From Candidatus Sulfotelmatobacter sp. (lineage in GTDB: Bacteria > Verrucomicrobiota > Verrucomicrobiia > Limisphaerales > UBA11358), in contig DATJTK010000074.1 of assembly GCA_035503455.1 (NCBI GenBank), forward strand, positions 3,536-67,535: a stretch of DNA of 64,000 nucleotides, written 5' to 3'. A program made the translations under genes and the position numbers. Shown here one piece after another: positions 17,701 through 26,816 of this stretch; the stretch's first letter is position 1; every line of letters starts with the position of its first letter. Below the pieces are notes generated by a model. It had not been told where the DNA came from. It searched no databases and saw only the letters and a program-made list of their open reading frames with translations.

Positions 17701-18570
17701 TCAGCGGCCCAGTTGATCGGGTGATTTGACCGCGGGGACTTGACCGGGCTCCGGCTCCCGCACGCCGCCTCGAACAATGATATTGCCGTCGTTGTCCAGG
17801 CCCAAACGCGGGCGCGTATTGACGTAATCGTAGTACTCCTTCTGAATAACTTTGCCGCCCGGGCTGACGACGGAATGAATAAACGTCGTAGCGGCGGTTT
17901 GACAAAGCACGTGCAAATTGCTGACGCGGTCGAGTTGGGCCTCCGGCTGGCTGAATGAAATCAAATTGCCGAGCGCGCGCACCGCCAGGATGCTGCCATT
18001 CGCTTCGTCGCTGACCTGCGCGTATAACCGGAGTTGGTCCTTTAGATAATTTGCCTCGATCAGCGTATATCTCCGCACGCGCGGGGGCTGATCAGGCATC
18101 TCCGGGTCTGACACGCCAAATGACTGCGACCATAACTCTGCTCCGTCGATCACGTCGAATTTCTGCGGGGCGCTGCTGATATCGGCGTTCCACGCGCCGA
18201 TATGGACTGTGGCGGTGACATGGTAAGTTCCGGTGCGTTGCAAAGCGAAATACGGGCCCAGGTTCACGTGTTTGATGGCCATGTCTGAATTGTTCAAGTC
18301 AAAGAGGCCCGTAACAGGCGGGTCCAACTTTTTCGCCACCACCGACCCGTCATCCGCCTGAATAAAGAACGTGAGCCAGCCGGTATCGCCCAAATGCAAC
18401 AATTGGCCTGACCGGTTTGTGACGTGGACGACGACTGGAAGGTCTTCGCCCGGCAGAAACTGTTGCTGGTCCAGAGACAAATCCACGGTGAGCTGCGCGG
18501 CTGCGTTGAAACCAACTGCCGCCAACCCCAGACACAGGATGGAGAACAGGACTTTCATTAAGGTCACCAT
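17701..18570 (-). CDS. Secreted hypothetical protein
   Basis: Signal-like MVTLMKVLFSILCLGLAAVGFNAAAQ. No family recognised. Start trimmed so it does not overlap the lon 3' end. Confidence 0.6.
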   Translation of the reverse strand: MVTLMKVLFSILCLGLAAVGFNAAAQLTVDLSLDQQQFLPGEDLPVVVHVTNRSGQLLHLGDTGWLTFFIQADDGSVVAKKLDPPVTGLFDLNNSDMAIKHVNLGPYFALQRTGTYHVTATVHIGAWNADISSAPQKFDVIDGAELWSQSFGVSDPEMPDQPPRVRRYTLIEANYLKDQLRLYAQVSDEANGSILAVRALGNLISFSQPEAQLDRVSNLHVLCQTAATTFIHSVVSPGGKVIQKEYYDYVNTRPRLGLDNDGNIIVRGGVREPEPGQVPAVKSPDQLGR

Positions 18571-18673
18571 TCTAAATCGCCTGCTGCCACGGGCGCAACA
18601 TAAATCCTCTCTGCATAATTCTTTGAAAGGTTGAAACGTCGAAACGGTGCAGGCATCGGTGGCAGCCGCCGTT

Positions 18674-21100
18674 TCAACGTTTTTTTTCAAGTGCCGCCGC
18701 GAGGACCTCATCCACGGTTTCAGCGGGCGTGAATTTTAACTTGTGTTTCACTTCCTCGGGCAGTTCCGGCAGGTCTTTTTCGTTTAGCTTTGGGATGATG
18801 ACGTTATCGATTCCCGCCCGGGCCGCGGCCAGGGATTTCTCTTTCAAGCCGCCAATCGGCAGGACCAATCCGCGGAGGGAAATTTCGCCGGTCATCGCGA
18901 CGTCTGAACGGACTGGCGTGTCTGTGAAAAGGGAAGCAATGGCCGTGAACATAGCGATGCCCGCGGACGGCCCGTCTTTTGGAACAGCGCCACTGGGCAC
19001 GTGGATGTGAATATCCGTATCTTTAAATGCGTCGGCGGCTATGCCCAGCTCTTTGACGCGGCTGCGGACCAGGCTGATGGCTGCCTGGGCGGACTCGCGC
19101 ATGACGTCGCCGATGTGTCCCGTGAGCTTAATATTGCCGGTGCCTGGATAACGCGTGGCTTCGATGTGCAGGATTTCCCCGCCGTAGGGTGTGAATGCGA
19201 GGCCCGTCACGACGCCTGGCTTGGCGGTTTTAAGCCGAGTTTCGCGAATATACCGTTGCGGGCCGAGCATCTCCTGGATCTGCTCAGGCGTGATGGTCAC
19301 TTTTTCGCACTCGCCCCGGGCAATCCTGGCGGCCACAGCGCGGCAGATGGACCCAATTTGGCGTTCCAATTCGCGGACTCCGGCTTCGTGCGTGTAATCG
19401 GCGATGACCTTTTCCAACGCGTCATCGTGGAATTCGCATTGTTCGGGTTTGATTCCGTTTTCCTTGAGCTGGCGCTGGACCAAATATTTTTTTGCAATGT
19501 GAAGTTTTTCGCTTTCGGTATAGCCGGGAATTTCAATTACTTCCATCCGGTCGCGCAGGGCAGGGGGAACGGGATCCATGTAATTGGCCGTTGCAATAAA
19601 AATAACCTGGGACAAATCGAACGGCACATCCAGGAAGCGATCCACAAAGCTATTGTTCTGGCGGGGATCAAGCACTTCCAGGAGCGCGCTGGCGGGATCG
19701 CCGCGGAAATCGGCGCCGATTTTGTCCACTTCGTCCAGCATGATGACGGGGTTGCGGGTGCCGACACGGCGCAGTTCCTGGATGATTCGCCCCGGCATCG
19801 CCCCGATATAGGTGCGGCGATGGCCGCGAATTTCCGCTTCGTCACGAATGCCGCCCAGGCTCATGCGGGAGAATTTTCGGCCAAGGGCATCCGCGATAGA
19901 CTGGCCCAGGCTGGTTTTGCCGACGCCGGGCGGGCCGAGAAAGCAAAGGATGGGGCCGCGTCCCTGTGGATTCAATTTGCGGACGGCGAGATACTCGATG
20001 AGCCTGCGTTTGACTTTTTCCAGGTCGTAATGGTCGCGGTCGAGAATTTTTTGCGCCTGGTCCAGGTCGAGTTTGTCCGGCGACATTTTCGACCATGGCA
20101 AATCCGCCAGGGTTTCGACATAGCCGACGATGACCGAAAATTCCGGGCTGGCGGGCGGGATGACATTGAGCCGGCTCAATTCCTTTTCCGCCTGTTCCAT
20201 GACTTCCGCCGGGGGCTGAGATTCATCGAGGCGTTTTTTTAATTGATCAATTTGGGCTTGCGAGCCGGGCGATTCTTCGCCGAGTTCTTTTTGAATGGCG
20301 CGAAGCTGCTCGCGCAGGTAGGCGCGGCGTTGGGCATCTGTAAATTGCGACTGCACGTCCTTTTGGATTTTTTGCTGGAGCCGGGCGATTTCGAGTTGGG
20401 CAGAAACCCGGACCTGCACGGCGCGGACGCGCTTGACCACGTCCAGTTCCTCGAGCAAATCCTGCTTTTGCGGAACGTCCAGGGGCATGCTGCCGGCGAG
20501 AAAATCGGCAAGCGTGCCGGCGTCTTCGATGTTGCCAAGCAGCATTTGGGCTTCCGGCGGCGCATCCGGGGCCAACGCGATCAATTGCAATGCGCTCTCG
20601 CGCAAGCTGCCAATGGTCGCCTCCCAGTGTTTGTCGAGGTTGGATGGCAACTGGGATTGAAGGATCTCGATGCCGGCGCGAATAAAGGGTTGAGTTTGGA
20701 GCACGCGCGCGATTTTTATGCGGCGCAACGCCTGGACCACGACCAGGGTGCTTTCCTCCGACTGGCTGATGAGCTTTAGAACGAGAGCGGCCGTGCCGAC
20801 CTGGTACAAATCAATCGCCGCGGGATCATCCTGCTCCGGGTTGCGCTGGGTGAATATGCCGATGACTTTGCTCTGCGACAGGGACTCCTGCAACATCCGG
20901 CGCGACGCGGCGCGACCAACGGTCAGCGGAACAACGGTTCCCGGGAATATGACCATGTTTCGCAAGGGCAAAATTGGGAGGGAATCGGGAATGGTTTGCG
21001 ACTGTTCTTCCTCGTTCCGCGTGACTGCGATGACCGGCGGATTGCGCGTATCGCGGCCGGGATCAGCGCGGGTCAGGAGTGGATTTTCTTCAAGAGCCAT
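18674..21100 (-). CDS. lon: ATP-dependent Lon protease (endopeptidase La)
   Basis: 808 aa. LON N-domain, Walker A GPPGVGKTSLGQSIA, and protease motif PKDGPSAGIAMFTAI with the catalytic Ser. Confidence 0.97.
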   Translation of the reverse strand: MALEENPLLTRADPGRDTRNPPVIAVTRNEEEQSQTIPDSLPILPLRNMVIFPGTVVPLTVGRAASRRMLQESLSQSKVIGIFTQRNPEQDDPAAIDLYQVGTAALVLKLISQSEESTLVVVQALRRIKIARVLQTQPFIRAGIEILQSQLPSNLDKHWEATIGSLRESALQLIALAPDAPPEAQMLLGNIEDAGTLADFLAGSMPLDVPQKQDLLEELDVVKRVRAVQVRVSAQLEIARLQQKIQKDVQSQFTDAQRRAYLREQLRAIQKELGEESPGSQAQIDQLKKRLDESQPPAEVMEQAEKELSRLNVIPPASPEFSVIVGYVETLADLPWSKMSPDKLDLDQAQKILDRDHYDLEKVKRRLIEYLAVRKLNPQGRGPILCFLGPPGVGKTSLGQSIADALGRKFSRMSLGGIRDEAEIRGHRRTYIGAMPGRIIQELRRVGTRNPVIMLDEVDKIGADFRGDPASALLEVLDPRQNNSFVDRFLDVPFDLSQVIFIATANYMDPVPPALRDRMEVIEIPGYTESEKLHIAKKYLVQRQLKENGIKPEQCEFHDDALEKVIADYTHEAGVRELERQIGSICRAVAARIARGECEKVTITPEQIQEMLGPQRYIRETRLKTAKPGVVTGLAFTPYGGEILHIEATRYPGTGNIKLTGHIGDVMRESAQAAISLVRSRVKELGIAADAFKDTDIHIHVPSGAVPKDGPSAGIAMFTAIASLFTDTPVRSDVAMTGEISLRGLVLPIGGLKEKSLAAARAGIDNVIIPKLNEKDLPELPEEVKHKLKFTPAETVDEVLAAALEKKR

Positions 21101-21103
21101 AAA

Positions 21104-21523
21104 TCATGCCTGGGCGCGCAAAGGTAAATAGATCCATAACAATCCATTTTTGTGGTTCGCGGTGACCCGGGCGGTGTCTATGGTCATTGGCGACAATGTG
21201 AGTTCGCGTTCAAACGGGCCGTAATCAATTTCCATGGCAAGCACTTGCACCGCTTTGCATACGTCCTTATCGGGTTCGGGCGCGGCGCGCCGGCCACGGA
21301 CCAGCAGACGTTGCGGTTCAACTTTCAGGTTGATTGAGTCCTTTTCCACGCCTGCGAGGTCCAGACAAACAGTGATGCAGTGTTCGCCGCGATAGACATT
21401 CAGCGAAGGCGCCCATGGACTGGCGGGTTTGAAATGCGAGAACTGCAGTTTCATCATTTCGTAAACCAATTCGCCTAACTGGCCGTGAAGCCGCTGGAGA
21501 CGAGACGTTGAAATATCACTCAT
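21104..21523 (-). CDS. Hsp20/alpha-crystallin family small heat-shock protein
   Basis: 139 aa; DLAGVEKDSINLKVEPQRLLVRGRR ... NGLLWIYLP. AGGAGA Shine-Dalgarno 8 nt upstream. Its stop is 3 nt before the lon start. Confidence 0.88.
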   Translation of the reverse strand: MSDISTSRLQRLHGQLGELVYEMMKLQFSHFKPASPWAPSLNVYRGEHCITVCLDLAGVEKDSINLKVEPQRLLVRGRRAAPEPDKDVCKAVQVLAMEIDYGPFERELTLSPMTIDTARVTANHKNGLLWIYLPLRAQA

Positions 21524-21550
21524 TGTTTTTCTCCTCTTACTGACGCGTAC

Positions 21551-21579
21551 ACTTTAGCCTCCAATGGATGTCGGTTCAA
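21551..21579 (-). promoter_or_regulatory. Candidate sigma70-like promoter for hsp20-lon
   Basis: On the minus strand: TTGAAC (21579-21574), a 17-nt spacer, then TAAAGT (21556-21551), about 28 nt upstream of the ATG. Sequence match only. Confidence 0.3.
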
Positions 21580-21594
21580 CGAGGATTTCCGTTT

Positions 21595-21627
21595 ATTCGA
21601 TGTTTGGCGTTCGATGTTCGATGTTCC
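21595..21627 (-). repeat. CATCGAA heptamer-tract element, solo arm (reverse orientation)
   Basis: ATTCGATGTTTGGCGTTCGATGTTCGATGTTCC, between the divergent hsp20 and oxidoreductase genes. Confidence 0.8.
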
Positions 21628-21647
21628 ATTGCGTATAATTTGCGTCT

Positions 21648-23090
21648 ATGCGGCCAGGCGCAAAAATTTCCTGCGATGCAGTCGTTGTGGGCGCGGGTCC
21701 CAACGGCCTGGCTGCAGCCATTCGCATGGCCCGGGAGAAGCTTTCGGTCCTTATGATCGAGGCCAACGAAACCGTCGGCGGCGGCGCGCGGTCTGCCGAG
21801 TTGACATTGCCCGGTTTTGTCCACGACGTGTGCTCGGCGGTTCATCCTCTGGCCGTGGGCTCGCCCTTCTTTCGCCAATTGCCGCTCGAACAATTTGGAT
21901 TGAAGTGGATTGAACCGGAAGTCCCGCTTGCCCATTCGCTGGATGGAGGCTGGGCGGCAGCCCTGTACCGTTCCCTTGCGCAAACGGCAAAAGAACTTGG
22001 ACCCGACCAACGCCCGTATGAACGGTTAATGCAGCCGCTTGTATCAAATTGGGAAAACCTGGCGGCGGAATTTTTGAAGCCGATGTTGCACGTGCCGCGG
22101 CATCCGGTCCAATTTGCCCGCTTCGGCTTGCGGGGCATGCTTGCTGCGTCATCGCTGGCGCGAGGCTGGTTTTCGGGCGAACCGGCGCGGGCCCTATTTG
22201 GCGGTTTGGCAGCGCATGCATTTTTGCCGCTCGAACAAATTCCGTCCGCAGCGTTTGGATTGGTGTTGGGAATGACTGGGCATGCTGTCGGTTGGCCAAT
22301 GCCCCGCGGAGGGGCGCAACAAATTGCGAATGCGCTCGCGGCTTATCTTAAGTCGCTCTCGGGGGAAATCGTCACCGGTTGGCGAGTTGAAAATATTCAG
22401 GAACTTCCAAAGTCGCATGTGGTTTTGCTCGACTTGACACCACGGCAATTGCTCCCGCTTTTCCGTGAGAAACTGCCGTCGGGCTATCGCCGCAGGCTCG
22501 AACATTTTTCGTACGGGCCGGGCGTATTCAAAATGGATTTCGCATTGGATGGACCCATCCCGTGGACTGCTGAGGTCTGCCGGCGCGCGGGTACTGTCCA
22601 TGTATGCGGCACGCTTGACGAAATTGCCAGAAGCGAACGGGAAGCCTTTCGCGGTGAACATCCGGAGAGACCGTTCGTTTTATTGTCGCAACCCAGTTTG
22701 TTTGATTCCACGAGGGCGCCCGAAGGCAAGCATAGCGTGTGGGCTTATTGTCACGTTCCTCACGGTTCGTCGGTTGACATGGCGCCGCGAATCGAGGCGC
22801 AGATCGAACGCTTCGCCCCTGGCTTTCGGGACCGGATTTTGGCGCGGCATGCGGAAAACTGCGCGGACCTGCAAAAGAAAAATGCGAACCTTATCGGCGG
22901 CTCGATCAATGGAGGGGCGAACGATCTCCGGCATTTGCTGGCGCGCCCAATCGCAGGATCGTCACCGTACCGCATGCCGATTCCCGGTTATTACATTTGT
23001 TCGTCATCGACGCCTCCCGGCGGCGGCGTGCACGGGATGTGCGGGTACTATGCGGCGGAGACGGCGATAGGGGATTTGTCGATGCGTTGA
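21648..23090 (+). CDS. FAD/NAD(P)-dependent oxidoreductase, phytoene desaturase (CrtI)-like family
   Basis: DAVVVGAGPNGLAAAIRMAREKLSVLMIEANETVGGGARS dinucleotide-binding motif. 480 aa. Confidence 0.82.
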   Translation: MRPGAKISCDAVVVGAGPNGLAAAIRMAREKLSVLMIEANETVGGGARSAELTLPGFVHDVCSAVHPLAVGSPFFRQLPLEQFGLKWIEPEVPLAHSLDGGWAAALYRSLAQTAKELGPDQRPYERLMQPLVSNWENLAAEFLKPMLHVPRHPVQFARFGLRGMLAASSLARGWFSGEPARALFGGLAAHAFLPLEQIPSAAFGLVLGMTGHAVGWPMPRGGAQQIANALAAYLKSLSGEIVTGWRVENIQELPKSHVVLLDLTPRQLLPLFREKLPSGYRRRLEHFSYGPGVFKMDFALDGPIPWTAEVCRRAGTVHVCGTLDEIARSEREAFRGEHPERPFVLLSQPSLFDSTRAPEGKHSVWAYCHVPHGSSVDMAPRIEAQIERFAPGFRDRILARHAENCADLQKKNANLIGGSINGGANDLRHLLARPIAGSSPYRMPIPGYYICSSSTPPGGGVHGMCGYYAAETAIGDLSMR

Positions 23091-23124
23091 ATTTCTTTCT
23101 TAGGACGAGAACGAGAAAGATTCG

Positions 23125-24135
23125 TTAAGAATTCTTCAAAAAATCACTCGGTGAAACTTTGTATCGCTTACGAAAACGAGTTGCAAAGTATTGGCTGGAA
23201 TTGAAACCATTGGCGAAGGCGATATCGGTTATCGAAAGTTCAGGTTTCGAGCGCAATTGCCCGGCTGCCCGTTCGAGGCGGCATTGGTTTAGGAATTCCA
23301 TCGGCCCCGTATTTACCAATTCGCGGCAATATTTTGAAAACGCGGTGATGCCCATTTTGCAGTGTGAGGCCATGCGGTCCAAAGTCCAGGGATCGCCGAG
23401 GTCAATTCGGCCTTGTTTAAGGTCGTGGAAGAACATTTCCACGGCTCGTTTGCGGGAAACCAGTTGTTCATTTTCATGCGTCTGCTGTTCGGCGAGGGCG
23501 TCCAGGATGCCGATGAGCAGTTGGTTTAGATTGACCGCCATGCGGGATACGATGTGCGGGCGTTCCCACGCAGCCACGCAACGGGCGAGTTCGCGGAAAG
23601 ATTGAGCAATCAGCGGCGTGGAGTTCCAAACGGGATTCTCGTTATGGCGCAACTTCCGGGTGAGCCTGGCGAGATCGTCTTTTGTCAATATGACCCACTT
23701 GGGCCAGCGCCACTCCTGATGCGGCCGGCGGATGCCGACATCCAGAATCAACCAATGCAGCTTGCCCGGCCCGATATTGGGGGCGCCCAATTTGTGAAGC
23801 TGCCATGGGCGCGTAATCGTGATTTGGCCAGCGTGTAAATGGTGCGTCTTCTGGTCCACTGTGAACTCGCTCGCCCCGGTTTCCAGAAATACGAATTCAA
23901 TACCTTCATTCCGATGCGGATTCAGGCCCCAATCCTGCGAGGTATTGGCATTCCAAAAGCCGATGCTGTTTAAGCCGGGCAGGACGTCCGATGGGATTGG
24001 TGTGCCGGGGTAATGCCCTTTGGTCAAGGCGTGGAACTCGATTTTCCCATTCCGCACTGCCTCTTTTTGCGGTTCGCAAAGGTCCACCTCGTAGCGCTTG
24101 TCGTGCTCGCGGTAGACGAGTTCTGTGGTGGACAT
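23125..24135 (-). CDS. AraC-family transcriptional regulator with N-terminal cupin-like sensor domain
   Basis: C-terminal ITDIAFANGFNSSQYFATRFRKRYKVSPSDF (HTH_18). Divergent from the sugar-transport/catabolism operon. Confidence 0.9.
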   Translation of the reverse strand: MSTTELVYREHDKRYEVDLCEPQKEAVRNGKIEFHALTKGHYPGTPIPSDVLPGLNSIGFWNANTSQDWGLNPHRNEGIEFVFLETGASEFTVDQKTHHLHAGQITITRPWQLHKLGAPNIGPGKLHWLILDVGIRRPHQEWRWPKWVILTKDDLARLTRKLRHNENPVWNSTPLIAQSFRELARCVAAWERPHIVSRMAVNLNQLLIGILDALAEQQTHENEQLVSRKRAVEMFFHDLKQGRIDLGDPWTLDRMASHCKMGITAFSKYCRELVNTGPMEFLNQCRLERAAGQLRSKPELSITDIAFANGFNSSQYFATRFRKRYKVSPSDFLKNS

Positions 24136-24289
24136 AAATGTTTAATAATCTTCGCCGAAGGATTTTGCAAGTCTTACCTGCCCAGCCTGTGGCATTTTAG
24201 AGGCATACCAAATCGATTTTCGGCTAACGTCCGATTCGCGATAAGGTTAAACTGACAGTTGACGGGAAATAACGCCGCGCAGAGCAAAC

Positions 24290-25972
24290 ATGAACAGGCT
24301 CGATTGGACATTGATCGCCGCGTACCTCATCGCGGTGTGCGGCATTGGCGTCGCGGCGGGCTTTGTGCATCGCCGTAATGAACGGGGCGGAGAAGGGGGC
24401 CATTATTTTTTAGCCGGCAACACCCTGGCGTGGCCGGTCATTGGTCTGGCCATGTTTGCGGCAAATATATCGACAGTCCACCTCGTGAGCCTGGCCGAAG
24501 CTGCGTACAAGTTCGGCCTTGTCTTTGGAAATTTCGAATGGATGGCCGGTTTTACGCTGATATTGCTGTCACTGTTTTTCGCTCCCCTGTATTTGCGGTC
24601 GCGGGTGGCGACACTGCCTGATTTTCTGGAACGGCGCTTTAATCGCGGTTGCCGTGACGTGTTGTCCGTCATCTCGCTTTTTTCGGCCATTGTCATCCAT
24701 ATGGGAGTCGCGCTTTATACCGCGGCCTGGGTATTGCGGGGCATTCTGGGTCTGGCCCCGGACGCCACAATCCTCGGCGTGAATGCCTTGATGCTGTTCG
24801 TCATCGTGTTGGGTGCCGTCACTGGCATCTACACGGTATTCGGAGGGTTGCTGGCGGTGGTGTGGACTGAAAGCGTGCAAACCATTTTGCTTCTGACCGG
24901 CGCCGTCGTGATCACCGTGACCGGCTATCTGAAAGTTGGCGGATGGACGGAACTCGCCCGCACGCTGGCATCCCATCCACACCCGCTCGCCGCTGTCGCG
25001 GGCAGTAGTGTTACTTGGGGAACAGGAAATTTTCTGAACATGGCTCGCAATGCCGGGGACCCCAGCGGTTTGCCGTGGTATTCCATTCTGCTCGGCTATC
25101 CGGTTTTGGGGATTTGGTATTGGTGTTGTGACCAAACCATCGTCCAGCGTGTCCTGGCGGCCAAAGATGAAAAAAACGCCCGGCTCGGTCCGTTGTTTTG
25201 CGCTTTCCTGAAAATTTTCCCGGTGTTTTTCTTTGTGCTGCCGGGTGTCATCTGTGTCGCGCTCGTCCAAAAAAATTATTTTAACGGCGCCGCTCCCCAA
25301 ACCTCGGCGGACACCTACACCTTCATGCTGACCCACCTGCTGCCTTCCGGGCTGAAAGGACTGGTCGCCGCCGCGATGCTGGCGGCTGCGATGCAAACCT
25401 GTTCGGCTGCCCTGAACTCCGCGGCAACCCTGGTGGCTTACGATTTGTTTAAACGTTACAAGCCGGGGCTCAATGACCAACAACTGGTTCGCATCGGAAA
25501 AATCGCAACGGTTGCCGGAGCGGTTATTGCCATCATCGCTTCGCCATTATTCGGCCATTACACGACGATTTTTCAGGGCATTAACAAGCTGATTTCTTAT
25601 ATCGCTCCGCCGATCACTGCGGTCTTCCTGCTGGGAGTTTTTTGGAAACGCGCTTCGGGCAAGGCGGCTTTTATAACGCTGCTCGCCGGGACGGCTCTCG
25701 GATTTGTCGCTTTTTATTTGGATTGGAACAACATTTACCATGGCGATTTTATGCTCACGGCTTTTGGGTTGTTGGTGGCTTGCATATTCATCATGGTCGC
25801 CATGACGTTTTTGTTTCCCGAACCGCTCAAGGCCGGAGCTGAGCCGCTCATTTGGGATAGCTGGCGCGAACCCCTGCGAGGCCATGCCGGGGGATTTGGG
25901 CTGGCGGACTGCCGGTTGGCGAGCCTGGTTATCCTGGCTGTGTTTATTGGCCTTTATTTTACCTTTCGTTAA
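24290..25972 (+). CDS. Sodium:solute symporter family (SSF/SLC5) transporter
   Basis: 560 aa, about 13-14 TM segments; YFLAGNTLAWPVIGLAMFAANIS and VWTESVQT are SSF-like. Confidence 0.88.
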   Translation: MNRLDWTLIAAYLIAVCGIGVAAGFVHRRNERGGEGGHYFLAGNTLAWPVIGLAMFAANISTVHLVSLAEAAYKFGLVFGNFEWMAGFTLILLSLFFAPLYLRSRVATLPDFLERRFNRGCRDVLSVISLFSAIVIHMGVALYTAAWVLRGILGLAPDATILGVNALMLFVIVLGAVTGIYTVFGGLLAVVWTESVQTILLLTGAVVITVTGYLKVGGWTELARTLASHPHPLAAVAGSSVTWGTGNFLNMARNAGDPSGLPWYSILLGYPVLGIWYWCCDQTIVQRVLAAKDEKNARLGPLFCAFLKIFPVFFFVLPGVICVALVQKNYFNGAAPQTSADTYTFMLTHLLPSGLKGLVAAAMLAAAMQTCSAALNSAATLVAYDLFKRYKPGLNDQQLVRIGKIATVAGAVIAIIASPLFGHYTTIFQGINKLISYIAPPITAVFLLGVFWKRASGKAAFITLLAGTALGFVAFYLDWNNIYHGDFMLTAFGLLVACIFIMVAMTFLFPEPLKAGAEPLIWDSWREPLRGHAGGFGLADCRLASLVILAVFIGLYFTFR

Positions 25973-26038
25973 AATGAATCATAACATAAATAAGATTGCG
26001 AGCTGTCTGGATGGCAGCAGGGAAATGTGTTTTTTATC

Positions 26039-26812
26039 ATGGGCTCATTACTAAAAGACAAAGTGATTTTTTTGACCGGCGGTTCGTGCGGCATCGGCCG
26101 CGACTGCGCAAAGGCTTACGCGGCCGAGGGCGCGTCGGTAGTCATCGCCGCCAATGATCGGGAGGGCATTGAAAAAGTCGGGGCCGAACTCGGCAATGGC
26201 CATCTCGCCCTGTACTGTGACATAACACGTGATGACCAGGTCAAAACCGCGCTGGATAAAACGTTATCGCAATACGGGAGGTTGAATGCCGTTCACAATA
26301 ACGCCGGCATTTCACAGCCGTCCAAACCCATCCACGAAACGACGGATGATGAATGGGATAAATTGTTCGACGTAAATTTGAAAGGCGTGCTGCGCACGAT
26401 GCGATATGCGTTTGACGCTCTGGTCGCGAGCAAGGGTTGTGTGCTCAACACGTCCAGCCTGGTAGGGGTCATCGGTCAGGAAATTCATGCGGCCTACACG
26501 GCGACAAAAGGAGGATTGAATGCGCTGACCAAATCCATGGCGCTCGATTACGCAAGATATGGCATCCGCGTGAATGCGGTTTGTCCGGCCGGCGCCTGGA
26601 CCCCGATGCTCCGACAATGGTGTGAGGAACAACCGAACCCCGATTCGACCGAGTCCTATTTAAATGGCATCCATCCCCTCGGGTACTGTCCGAAAGGTGA
26701 TGCCATCGCGGATGCGTGCGTTTTTTTGCTTTCAGAAAAAGCGAGTTTTATTACCGGGCATATCATGCATGTGAGCGGCGGCGCGGAATTGGGCTATCGC
26801 CGGACTTCATGA
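26039..26812 (+). CDS. Short-chain dehydrogenase/reductase (candidate L-fucose or sugar 1-dehydrogenase)
   Basis: TGGSCGIGRD, NNAG and YTATKGG (YxxxK). Pathway role inferred from context only. Confidence 0.85.
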   Translation: MGSLLKDKVIFLTGGSCGIGRDCAKAYAAEGASVVIAANDREGIEKVGAELGNGHLALYCDITRDDQVKTALDKTLSQYGRLNAVHNNAGISQPSKPIHETTDDEWDKLFDVNLKGVLRTMRYAFDALVASKGCVLNTSSLVGVIGQEIHAAYTATKGGLNALTKSMALDYARYGIRVNAVCPAGAWTPMLRQWCEEQPNPDSTESYLNGIHPLGYCPKGDAIADACVFLLSEKASFITGHIMHVSGGAELGYRRTS

Positions 26813-26816
26813 TATT

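Noticed and set aside
17701-18711. Full 336-aa version of the secreted hypothetical ORF
   Set aside because: The first 47 codons overlap the lon 3' end and precede an obvious signal peptide, so the start was moved to 18570.
19001-20242. 413-aa plus-strand ORF, together with similar long ORFs at 3224-4159, 15927-16661, 24569-25483, 27564-28556, 38764-39483, 41158-41799, 52979-53635 and 62245-62856
   Set aside because: Each lies entirely antisense to, or out of frame within, a gene that has strong family motifs (lon, the 500-aa protein, E1beta, SSF transporter, fucD/SDR, kinase, LysR, DUF4838, PfkB). Their sequences are R/G/A/P-rich and low-complexity, as expected for shadow ORFs in high-GC DNA.
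20760-20790. CTGATGAG...GA string resembling a hammerhead ribozyme core
   Set aside because: It lies inside the lon coding region on the antisense strand. It lacks the GAAA element and flanking helices, so it is a chance match.
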